NCBI RefSeq assembly: GCF_006345805.1
Contig: NC_042997.1
Location: 37,386,001-37,450,000 of the forward strand
DNA length: 64,000 nucleotides
Reading direction: 5' to 3'
Source of the DNA: Octopus sinensis
Lineage: Eukaryota
Shown: positions 41,311 to 53,399 of the stretch, piece by piece
How the letters are laid out: every line of letters starts with the position of its first letter
Numbering within the stretch: the stretch's first letter is position 1
The notes under the pieces: generated by a model
The model's input: only the letters and a program-made list of their open reading frames with translations
The model's database searches: none
What the model was told of the DNA's origin: nothing
Position numbers and translations under genes: made by a program

Positions 41311-42980
41311 ATATTTTGTGTTTTCATTACTGTTTTCAATTTCGTTTTCGTCTCTTGTATTCACATCCGTCTTGTGCGTTCACATTCCTGTCTTCTACCA
41401 AGAAATCTAATGCTTACAGCTTAGTTTTTTTTCTTGGGGCTGGCCGAGTTGGAGCAAATATCAGAATTGAACAGCCGAAATTTGCTATGATGATTCGGTG
41501 TCTGACTGAAGATTGAAGGCTTCGAATGATTTGTCTGTGTTCCGTGTTCGTCCCTTCCTGTATTTCACGTTCATTATATAATAAAAACATTCATTCTTAT
41601 ATTATTGCGGCGTTACGTGCACCCCCCGTTTGTTTGTCCAATTTTAAACCCTGCACGACTTCTATACACCTGTCTTTTACTACCCGCCATTGCTTCTTCA
41701 CCAAACTTTTTGGCGCCTCCGATTCTTCCCCTCTCTTCCTCCCATCCTCCTTAATCCCTTCTTTCTCCTCTCTGGTCACTGATTCTGTCCCCGCCTTCCA
41801 CCTCTTTGATTCCCTCTCTCGCTGTCTCTCTTTCTCTCTCTCCTGTGACCTGCTGCTTCTTCAACCATTCTGTTGGCCTTCGTATCTCGACCAACATGTG
41901 TCCCCGCTACCGAAACGGTAATTATTTCTACGCCAGCTGCTATGTTGTTGTTGTTTTGTCTCATTTGGTCTAAAGTCGTATGACAACCACCGTTATATAT
42001 GTTTTGTGTTTTCATTACTGTTTTCAATTTCGTTTTCGTCTCTTGTATTCACATCCGTCTTGTGCGTTCACATTCCTGTCTTCTACCAAGAAATCTAATG
42101 CTTACAGCTTAGTTTTTTTTCTTGGGGCTGGCCGAGTTGGAGCAAATATCAGAATTGAACAGCCGAAATTTGCTATGATGATTCGGTGTCTGACTGAAGA
42201 TTGAAGGCTTCGAATGATTTGTCTGTGTTCCGTGTTCGTCCCTTCCTGTATTTCACGTTCATTATATATAAAAACATTCATTCTTATATTATTGCGGCGT
42301 TACGTGCACCCCCCCGTTTGTTTGTCCAATTTTAAACCCTGCACGACTTCTATACACACTGTCTTTTACTACCCGCCATTGCTTCTTCACCAAACTTTTT
42401 GGCGCCCTCCGATTCTTCCCCTCTCTTCCTCCCATCCTCCTTAATCCCTTCTTTCTCCTCTCTTGGTCACTGATTCTGTCCCCTGCCTTCCACCCTCTTT
42501 GATTCCCTCTCTCGCTGTCTCTCTTTCTCTCTCTCCTGTGACCTGCTGCTTCTTCAACCATTCTGTTGGCCTTCGTATCTCGACCAACATGTGTCCCCGC
42601 TACCGAAACGGTAATTATTTCTACGCCAGCTGCTATGTTGTTGTTGTTTTGTCTCATTTGTCTAAAGTCGTATGACAACCACCGTTATATATGTTTTGTG
42701 TTTTCATTACTGTTTTCAATTTCGTTTTCGTCTCTTGTATTCACATCCGTCTTGTGCGTTCACATTCCTGTCTTCTACCAAGAAATCTAATGCTTACAGC
42801 TTAGTTTTTTTTCTTGGGGCTGGCCGAGTTGGAGCAAATATCAGAATTGAACAGCCGAAATTTGCTATGATGATTCGGTGTCTGACTGAAGATTGAAGGC
42901 TTCGAATGATTTGTCTGTGTTCCGTGTTCGTCCCTTCCTGTATTTCACGTTCATTATATATAAAAACATTCATTCTTATA
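41311..42980 (+). repeat. ~690-bp tandem array, A-B-A-B-A (about 2.4 units), bounded by (TA)n
   Basis: tttgtgttttcattac starts at 41315, 42003 and 42695; the A segment (~290 bp) is homologous to element A at 1243 and 12690. Confidence 0.92.
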
Positions 42981-42994
42981 TATATATATAATAT

Positions 42995-43081
<87 letters not shown>

Positions 43082-43192
43082 AATTAGTAAATAAAGTACA
43101 GATATTTACTGGAAATATTTATTTACTAATTTGTGTATTTTTTCCTCACGGGCAACTTTTTACTGGAAGGCAATACTTTGTATGCATTACTG

Positions 43193-43223
<31 letters not shown>

Positions 43224-43303
43224 TATTTTCGTGCATCCTCTATGGGCGGTCAAGCACCTGGATCACTCTATAGCATAATCGTCCCAACCATTCCCCCACT
43301 TTG

Positions 43304-43339
<36 letters not shown>

Positions 43340-43484
43340 ATATATATATATATATATGTGTGGTGTGTGTGGTGTGTGTGTGTCTTTGTGTGTGTGTGTG
43401 TATAACACATATACTTATGTGAGTGTGTGTGTAAATAAAATCCCATACAGAAATAGACGCCTTTTCTTAAATTTAATCCTACTG

Positions 43485-43750
43485 TCAAGGTTCCCTTCAA
43501 TTTAGTTAGGACAAAGACTCGACTCCAATTTTCAACATTTCTAAGACATCGGCAAAGTTCAAGGTCTTAGAGCAGACGCGCCTGATTGTCTGGAATGACT
43601 GCACCATGAAGAACAGTTTTGCAAATCCCTCAATACGGTCATTGATCAGGACCAGGCTGTAGTTTTTCCAACTGAGTTCCTGGACTCTCTACAGCCATTT
43701 GGGATGCCACCTCAAAACTTAACACTGAAAAGGGGGCCCCTGCTTCAAAT
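43485..43750 (+). mobile_element. Helitron remnant (PIF1-like helicase fragments, internally deleted)
   Basis: KVPFNL..TKT..NISKTSAK..VLEQTRLIVWNDCTM (cf. LIVWDECTM) joined to TVIDQDQAVVFPTEFLDSLQPFGMPPQNLTLK (cf. YPTEFLNSL.P.G.PPH.L.LK). Confidence 0.8.
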
Positions 43751-44083
43751 TTAACTGGAAAATGATGGAGTAAATGTTAAAATGTGATCTATGTACGCAT
43801 TAATAAAATTATAACAAAACATTTCGTAAATTTTAAACTGCATTTGTGTTCTTTTTGTACCTGTGCTATACCAAGAACCAGCCCTGAGCAGGTTTAAATT
43901 AGATTTGGTATGTATGTATCTGCATTATCCAACCAATAGTTGATAACATCAATAGTGATACCGTAATTTGAACACTATGTTAATGTCCTACGTGTTCATA
44001 TTTCTAGATTTTACTGAATCATATATATATATATATGAAGTACGTACACCCCTACTACTGAATCTTACATATATACACATTTA

Positions 44084-45282
44084 CAGGGTGGGTAAGCAAA
44101 CTTTACAATATTTTGAGGTAGGGATTGAAAGACAGTGTATGACCAATTTATTTATTGAAAGTCATGAGAATTTATTTGCCACAAGACAATTTACATAATA
44201 GAAAATAATTTTGTTCTATGTGTCCCCCTTCTTTCTCAATAACTGCCTTCACACGCTTCCTGAAACTTGCACAGGCGTTCCTCAAATATTCGGGAGGCAA
44301 CCTCTCCCATTCTTCTTTGATAGTATCTTTAAGGGAGTCAACATTGCTGTGTGATGTTCTATTGGTAGCATGTTCTAAAACGCCCCAAGTAGCATATTCC
44401 AGAGAGTTTAGATCTGGGCTAGAAGGCGGCCATAAACATGATTCCAAAACATTGCTTAAGTTGGGTTTGCAGAAATCTTGTATTTTTCTAGCTGTGTGGG
44501 CTGGAGCACCATCTTGTGTCCATACATAATTACCATCTGTGTAGTTTGCTTTAAGCCATGACAATACATCGTATCTCAGAGTCTTGTAGTAAGTATTAAC
44601 ATTGATCATTTAATCAGCTTTGTAGAATTTTATAGGCATTTTTTCCATCGGAAGCCACAACACCAAAAGTCATAACTTGAGCACAGCATCGACAGTAAAG
44701 ATCTTTTCATCTGAAAAGTTCGTTACAATGGAGAACTTTTTCTTGAACCATGTAATAATTTTCTTGCACCTCCCCAATCTCTTTTCCTTCATAGCTGTTG
44801 TCAACAAGTGTTTTGGTGTTCTTGTGTAAGATGTTAACCTCAAATCATATTTTACAGCATTTCTAATGGTCTTGTTGTCTACCTCAAGTTCAATTGCCAT
44901 TTTCGTAATGGATCTGGTTGGTTCCTTTAGGATTTGGGATTTGAGAGCTTTAATAAAAGCTTTGGTACGTGTTTTGTTGATTCCTCAACTTCCAGACTTC
45001 CTCGTAATAGTTTTGCTCATAGTCATTCTATTCTTTACATTATAAATAGTCTTTATGGACACTCCAACTATTTTTGAAATCTCCTTTTGTGTGACGAGTA
45101 CATTCAGAAATTCACACACTCTTTGACTTTTGCTTTCCTGATTACTCATATGGGCAAAATATTCTGAAAACATAAGGATAATAGTGTTAGGTATGAGTAT
45201 GAGATCAATATATGCTAGGTTTCTAAACAATTGACTTAGTGCCTCCTGAGAAAAGAAAACTTAACTTTCATTGTAAATTTAT
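44084..45282 (-). mobile_element. maT/DD37D-family Tc1-mariner transposon, frameshifted
   Basis: N-terminal HTH QKEISKIVGVSIKTIYNVK; FSDEKIFTVD; WTQDGAPAH-(37 aa spacing)-WPPSSPDLNSLEYATWGVLE; TIR TA|CAGGGTGGGTAAGC at 44084; only a partial partner TIR (attgtaaa) near 45271. Confidence 0.9.
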
Positions 45283-45366
45283 ATATGTATGTATGTATTT
45301 ATGTATGTACGTATGTATGTATGTATGTATGTATGTATGTATGTATGTATGTACGCATGTATGTAT

Positions 45367-46980
45367 GTATGAATAAAGTATGTACACCCCTGAAAATTTC
45401 AGTAAAATTGCCATGACTCGGATAATATCGAAGGAAGGCAAATTAACTTTATTCTGAATAAAATATGTTACACATGCACACATTATAAACATTTGGAACA
45501 AAAAACAAGAAACCTTTTCAAAGATATGAACCAAATATTAATTTTCAGATGATGCAAAAATATGTACACCCTAAAGTATTATTTGCTATATTCAATATTT
45601 GGTGTGACCGCCCTTGCTTTCAATCACAGCATTAAGTCTCTTGTGCATAGAGTCGACTAAATTTCCCCTTATAACCGATGACATCGAACTCTATTCATCA
45701 TGAAGGGTTTTTCAAAAGTGTTACATCACGGAATTGTTTCTCTTCATTCGTCATTTTTCAAAATAACCCACATATATTCTGTTAGGGTTTAAATCATGTA
45801 ACATGGTACGCCAAGGCATTACCTTTATCGTGTTATCTGATAAAAACTTAGTCGTCATCTTTGAATTGTGTTTAGGGTCATTATCATGCTGGAACATGGA
45901 ATGCCTTCCTAGTTCCTGAATTCTTTTCAACATTGTTTTCTGCAATGTGTCACAATAAAGCATTGAATCCATTGTTCACTCAATAAATATGAGTCCTCCC
46001 ACACCAGAAGCACTCATGCATCTCAATGCATGATGCTTTCACGGCTGTGTTTCACGGTAGACACGGTGCATTCGTCTACATTACATTAACCTGGTCGTCG
46101 CCATACTGGATTAATACCATCTGTCCCAAACAAATTGTTTTTAGTTTCGTCAGAAAAAAAGGAATTTTTTCAAAAACTCCTTCCCCTTATTCACATCGGT
46201 TTCGGCAAAAGAAAGACGACATGACTTAATCCTTGTAGTGAGGAGAAGCTTCCTACGAGGAATGTGTCCATGAAGAACACACTCGTTCAAACGTCGGTAA
46301 ATTGTTTGGGCAGATATAATCTTTCCATTAACAGAAGACACTTCTTGGGCCAAAGATGAAGCGGCACGACGCCTGCCGTCCAACACGCAACATTAGATGT
46401 GGCAAATATCACGCGCAGTTAAAATAGAAGGACGATGTTTATTGCTTAGCCGTACAATAGCTTTGGTCTTCTGAATTACTTGGGCAACTGTGTTTATGCT
46501 AATAGGTATTCGTTTGTTATCTTGTATCGTATCGTAAACTATTCTTCTGCAAATTAAAAATAATTTTCTTCAAATCATCTGACAATTCTTTTCTTTTTGT
46601 TACCATTTAATCATACTGAAGAAAATTCACACCACGGTACCTGCAGATTCAATAACAATGACCGGTGCAAAAACAAAATACCAGGAGAAATAATTTATTA
46701 GAATTTTCAGCAATATCTGAATTTAATAAAACAAAAGAGGATAAAATATTGATTATACCTAATTTCCTTTATTGTGTACTTAGTTTTGTAACGTTTGAAA
46801 ATTTATATTTCGTTCACATCTCTGAAAATATTTATTGTTTTGTGTTCCGAATATGTATACTGTTTGCATGTATAATGTATTTTATTCAGTAAAAAGTTCG
46901 TTTGATTTCCTTCGATGTTATCAGAGTAATGGTAACTTTACTGAATTCTTTATGGGTGTACATGCATCTGTGTTATACTG
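45367..46980 (-). mobile_element. Tc1 (DD34E-type) transposon with long TIRs, pseudogenised
   Basis: ~150+ bp inverted repeats (45367-45520 vs 46830-46980, ending tatactg|TA); internal tgtacaccc repeat at ~45567; FSDETK, FQHDNDPKH and DLNP(I)E across frameshifts. Confidence 0.9.
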
Positions 46981-47206
46981 TATATAAGTCCTTTTGTGCT
47001 ACAATTAGTTTCATAAAAAAAAATGCTATATTATTAGATAATATTTATCTCTCACCAGATGGGGTACATTTTTTGTTGATCTTACCATCAACGGAAAGTT
47101 CACTATATATATATATATACACACATATATATATATATACATATATGTGTGTGTGTATATATATATATACATATACATATACATATGTGTGTGCGCATGT
47201 CGTTTC

Positions 47207-47248
<42 letters not shown>

Positions 47249-49444
47249 CAGATGTATTTTCGTATGAGCGTGCTACAGGTAGACAATTTATTAATATTCA
47301 TAATCTATGAGGATTTATTTTCAGGAAATAGAATCCTTCTTTAGAGGTCTAATTAGAAAATATTTAACTAATGTAAACCAGTCTCTTTCAACATTAGTAT
47401 ATTTGGAAACGTCCCATCTCTCAAAAATATTAATTTAAAATTGAATTATTGAAACCTTTATACAACCTACTAGATCTTCTGCCGCATTTGTGTTCAGAGA
47501 TATATTGTATCCATTATAATTTCATTCTTAAAGTGGAGAAATATGAAATTAATAATAACTTGCTGCTAAATGGAAATAAATATAGGAATTTAATGTATCA
47601 TTGTTATCGAAATAATACTCTTTTCTTTTTTATCAAAACATTTTCAGAATTTACATTTACAAAATTGCTATAATAATTTCGCTTAAAATTTTGAGTGGAG
47701 GAAATCGAAATTGGTATTGTCACAAGCAGTGTATGAGTAATGTGTTCAATATCTTGATCCACTTAAACATTAATCGGTGGAAACTTCATCTCAATACTCT
47801 TATCAATCTTTAGCAGATACACACACGCACATACATACATAAAACATACAAACATACATACATACATGCACGTATGCATACATACATACTTACATACGTC
47901 ATACATACTTACATACAAACGTAATACTTGCAGACACACATACATACATACATACTAAAATGGAGCCGTCAACTTCAGACCTAGTGGTGAAGAGGATCGT
48001 TTAAAATATATTTTTGAACAATTTCTTCTACATTTATGCCGACTCCTACAGCCTAAATCTGTAATCGGTTTATTTCTCCCATTATAAATAATAGAAACAC
48101 CTTTTAATTACTAACGTAGCTTTATTCAGACCTTATTTTTAAAATATACCTTGTACCACGTATAATTACGCTAACACGATCATTGCTGAAACCAACAAAA
48201 CAACAGCCAGCGTGGGCAGCACTACAGCGTCAGTAAGCTATCTAAAAAAAGACAAGTACTCCTCTCATTTCCCTTGGACTCCACATCTAAACCAAGACCT
48301 ACTTGGATACAATAAAAAGCCCGCGAAGACAGTTTTATCGGATATATGAAACGGTTTCAAAAAGTGGGGCAAATATTACCTCAAATTAAGTATATTTATG
48401 GCGAAACAACTTCGACAACAAGCATATTTTTTTTTTAAATATGGTTTTTTTTATGTAAATCGATCTTCTCAAAACGCTGAAAACTGGTCAGAATATTCCA
48501 GAAAAGACATCGAAAATTATGCAAACAAACCGCTGCCATCACTTCATTTTTATGTCTTTCCGAATACATCTGAGTCAGCAGAGACAATTATGAAATATAT
48601 TCAGCTTAGAAATATCCTGAAACCACAACTCGTAGAAAACCTTCCTATGCTTTCGAAACTATTGTTAAGACAGGCCATTCTTAACAAAATTAAGAAAAAC
48701 TCCAACAGGTCTTTTGTTGAAAATTATCGTCGGTGTCACTGGATTGCACACAGTATCGTCGTTTGTTGATTACCGAAATACTAACACCCTTATACACATA
48801 ATTAAAGAACACCAAGGAGAAATCTGCACTATACATACTAATGAAGCTAATACACAGAAGCAACATAAGTGGGAAATAAAACTAGAAGAAAACATCAACA
48901 ATGTACGCTGCCATATTGGATGATTAACCACGACATTGAAATGTAAGAGAAGCAGTGAGTTCACACCTCATAAGTTACATCTTATGAAAAATTTAAGAAA
49001 ATTGTATGGTGAATCTTCACAACAAACTTTTGATGGTAGGTTAATTACTCTAAAACACGAACTCGGGGCTCTGAGTGAAAACCTTCACACCTGCAGGCGA
49101 ATTTTGGAACGAACATGTATAAACCAAAAGTTTGATTCTAACCCTCAAATATTATATAGAGAGATAAGGGAGAAAAATATTACCGTTAAGATATGCCCCT
49201 CCCTTGATTATCTTGAATAATTCTGGTTAGAAATGTCGAACAAAAAGAGGAATCACAGCCGCAATGCATAGAGATTAAATGCGGTAAAAAAGAGAATAGG
49301 GTACCAGTATCAACAGCAAAACATACGCAATTAACACAAAAATCATCAGCATAGCTGTACGCAAACAGCATAATTATAAAGCAGGTGGAAGGGACATAAT
49401 AGTTGGATAGTGTTATAAGATGCTGATTTTGACAGAAAATCACA

Positions 49445-49636
49445 AATTATACATTATTCACATTTGAGGGATATTTGTCTTCATCTTGTTTGTTGTTAAC
49501 ACAACGTTTCGGCTGATATACCCTCCAGCATTCATCAGGTGTCTTGGGGAAATTTCGAAACTGGGTTCTCATTCCTAAGGTATTTTTCGATGTTCTTCTT
49601 CTTCTTCTTCTTTTCTTCTTCTTCTTCTTCTTCTTC

Positions 49637-49682
<46 letters not shown>

Positions 49683-49767
49683 TGTTATTATTCAGGTCAC
49701 TGCCTGGAATCGAATTCGGAATCGTGGGGTTAGTGACCCGCGCTCTTAACCTCTACGCCATAAACCC
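49445..49767 (-). mobile_element. tRNA-headed SINE with trinucleotide linker and hammerhead-bearing tail, copy 1
   Basis: RC head GGGTTTATGGCGTAGAGG (A box)...GAATTCGATTCC (B box), then (AAT)n(GAA)n, then aacatcgaaaaataccttaggaatgagaaccc...HHR...aatgtataatt. Confidence 0.85.
49498..49543 (-). ncRNA. Minimal type I hammerhead ribozyme motif (stem II base mismatch)
   Basis: GACAC-CTGATGA-A-tGCTG-gagggtatat-CAGCC-GAAA-CGTT-GTGTT; stem I GACAC/GTGTT; palindromic stem III AACGTT; GUU site. Confidence 0.72.
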
Positions 49768-50173
<406 letters not shown>

Positions 50174-52571
50174 CTAATAATTTTATTCATAAGCACTATG
50201 GAAGGTCAGATTGGCTTGCTACAACACGAACGAATCTTGTAGTCAAGAATAAAACTATTGAGTTGCCTGAAAATATCGGGCCCATTACTTACCTAAGCAT
50301 TATGAACAAATTGAACTCAAGCTGTTTCAATCAATTACTGCAAGACCATTGTGAGTCCAACAAAATAGTGACTGATGAGCAAGCCGGTGGAAAGAAGGGA
50401 GTAAGGGGATGGGCCGAACAACTTGTTTTTAACAATGCTGTACTGTTTGAGGTAACAAAAAAAATGTACTGCTTGATTGCAGGAAAGCATTTGATTCTAT
50501 TCCCCGTTTAGAGATACTGAATTATCTCCTTTCGATAAAAGTACATGTTATCTTAATTGCTGCCCTTGTGAGGTTCACAAAGACCTGGCCAACATTTCTC
50601 ACACTTACAACGGAGGGTGGATCTATCGTTTCCGGTGCCATAAATATTTCAAAGGAAATATTCCTAGGAGTTAATCTCTCGTTCTCAGTATCTTGGAGTT
50701 AAATCCCTTATCATACCTTTCACAAAAATCGAATGGCTAGATGCTTGGGTCTTAACTGCTAGAGATATTAATGCAATCCATAATTTCTTTGTGGGTGACC
50801 TCAAGATTGAGGCTAAAAATATTAGCAATGCAAAAAGAAAAAAACAACTGGAATTGATAGAACTTTTCAGCTGTTTTAGGAAGGAAATTTAGCCAAAAGA
50901 AATGTTCATATTTGATTGTTGAACAAAGAAAATCAGTCCTGCAGACTTTCTATACCTCCTGTCCCACACAAATAATGTTACAGATACCTAGGCATTGTTG
51001 AAGATATTGCATATGAATGTATTGTTAATAAAGATAGCGTAACACATGAATATTATACCAGATTTAGAAAAATATAATAGTCTGAACTCTCCTCTTATAA
51101 CAAAGTAATATCCCACAATGCATTTGCTGTACGAGCTTTGATTCAAATATTCGGGATACTTGACGACTCTGAAGAAGAAATTTACTCCATAGACATTAAA
51201 ACTCGCAATATTCTCACGGAATCTCCACAGAAATAGTGATATCGACCGGCTCTATCTAAGATGGGATAAAGACGGTTGAGGCTTGAGATAACTTCAGACA
51301 GCCTTCAAATATCGTATTGCCTCTCTCAGACAGTGTTTGATAAACAATAGCAGCAACAAGAAAAATAGTAATTTAGTGCGTGTGTATCGATGGCATATCA
51401 AAAGTTGCAATATGTGGGGAATGTTTTTCTATTATTCTGCTCGAGAATTAAACAATTGCCAGATGAATGTTTGTCTTTTCCCTTCACTTCATATTCAGGT
51501 TCAAATTATTCATGTTGATCAATTTAGGAAAAAATTGGGCACAGTCATATTCAGATTGCTACACAGTGTGCAACAATTATTTGAGGTGTCTTGGGCGTAA
51601 CTCATTATATTGATATAGCAATTCTTGGAAACGTAAAAGAATTAGCATCTAAGCAATGCCCTCAAGCCCCACTGAAACTTAGAAAACATATATGATTAAG
51701 TATAGTTACCACAAATCTACTAATCTAGAGATACGTCTAAATTGTACAACGGCTCTGAGAGACAGATATAAAATATGAACCTTTATTTAATGGCTCAACA
51801 TTCTGCTGACAAAGTATTTACTATTGAATATTTCGGCTTGATTTGGAAGTTTGTCAGTATCATTCAACCAGTATGAGCATAAATAATGCAGGCATGTGAT
51901 ATATATACCAAAATCCAAGTAGTATATCAAGATTATAGTTTTATTATTAAAGAAAATTTTGCTTTAACTTAACGTTTAAGTATTATGTGGGTGATGTTGT
52001 TTGGATAATATTATATATCTGAATATATTATATCGCTATTGTTGGATGTTGTGTTCTTGCATAGCTATGAATGTATGACGTTCAAAATTAACGAAGATTA
52101 AAGTACATGGGCGTTTAGTTGATTTGAGTATATCCATATCTCATGAAAATGCTACATATTTTCACGGATTTTCAGTAAAAGGAACAGTAAAAATCTTACT
52201 GTCATTATCAAGGCTGCAGGTTTCATAGATATAATTCTCCCAGTCGTAGTATCTTACGCCTCAAAGTTCTCCCTACCCAAGACGTCCAATCTATATTTTC
52301 TGTCACTTGTTTCAGTCATGAGTGGGGAAGCGCCTTGAAGAATTTTAGTCAAACGAATCGACCCCGGTAGTGAAAATATTTTAAGCTTGTCACTCTTTCT
52401 GCCAGCCTTCCTTCCGTACGGCTAAATTACGGCGACACAAAAACAGAACTACGAGTTTCTGTGTATTGGTGGTGGTGTTGGGGTAGTGGTGGTCGTGGTG
52501 GTGGTCATAGTAGGGCAACCACGGGCACAAACACACATGCAAACATATACACACACATTGATATATAAACA

Positions 52572-52725
52572 TATATGCGAGGGTTCCTTTCGGTTTCCGT
52601 CTACTAATTCACCCACAAGGATTTAGTACACCCGAGGCTATAGAAGACTGCTGCAGAAGGTGAGATGCAATGAGACTGACCCCTAACCACGTTGGAAAGT
52701 AAGCCATACAACCACGCCTACGCCT
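52572..52725 (-). mobile_element. SINE family A, 5' part, diverged
   Basis: ttcggtttccgtctactaattcacccacaagg...cccgaggctatagaagac is the reverse complement of the family A 5' body. Confidence 0.65.
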
Positions 52726-52801
52726 ATATATATATATCAGCGGTGGTGCTCCAGCATGGCCGCGGCCTTCGGGCTAAAACATTTTTAAGGATTTAAGGAT
52801 A

Positions 52802-52835
<34 letters not shown>

Positions 52836-53063
52836 GATAGATAGATAAATAGATAGATAGATAGATAGATATAGATATAGATAAATGAAAGAATAGAGTC
52901 GTTCGACTCCATTCTTTCATTTATCTATAGTAAAAAAAACACACAAATTTCCAAAGCATGTGATTTCTGCCCTTGGCATGTAGCTTCAACCGTGCTTTCT
53001 GACGTAATTTGCTACCCGGGTATCGGTTAACCGAATTCTCCATACTACGATAATTCATTCAAC

Positions 53064-53118
<55 letters not shown>

Positions 53119-53201
53119 TTAATCCAAACGGGAAAACAGAAAAAACAACACGTGGAACAGTATTATTATTATTAGGCGCTCAGGAAAATGGAAGAAGGAG
53201 G

Positions 53202-53236
53202 GTATGACGTTTCGAGCGGAGCTCTTCGTCGGAAAC
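53202..53236 (-). ncRNA. Hammerhead-like variant (U4C core) in a Penelope-like fragment
   Basis: GTTT-CCGACGA-A-GAGC-tcc-GCTC-GAAA-CGTC-ATAC; stem III ACGT palindrome; GUC site; stem I has one mismatch. Confidence 0.5.
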
Positions 53237-53399
53237 ATAGGAGAAAGAAAGATCCCGAGACGGGAGGACAGAGGAAAAAAAAAATTTACAGGTAGTCTTC
53301 ACGAGGTCACATACTGAAAAGACGGAAGTGGTAAAAAAGGAGGAAAATGTTTTTAAAAAACAGGAGAGCTGAATCAAAGAGGGAATGGTAAAAGAGATG

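Noticed and set aside
50370-50400. CTGATGA followed by GGAAA as another hammerhead
   Set aside because: It lies in RT coding sequence (TDEQAGGK) and has no stem II, III or I pairing; similar chance hits at 5669, 21958, 29187 and 56310 were also rejected.
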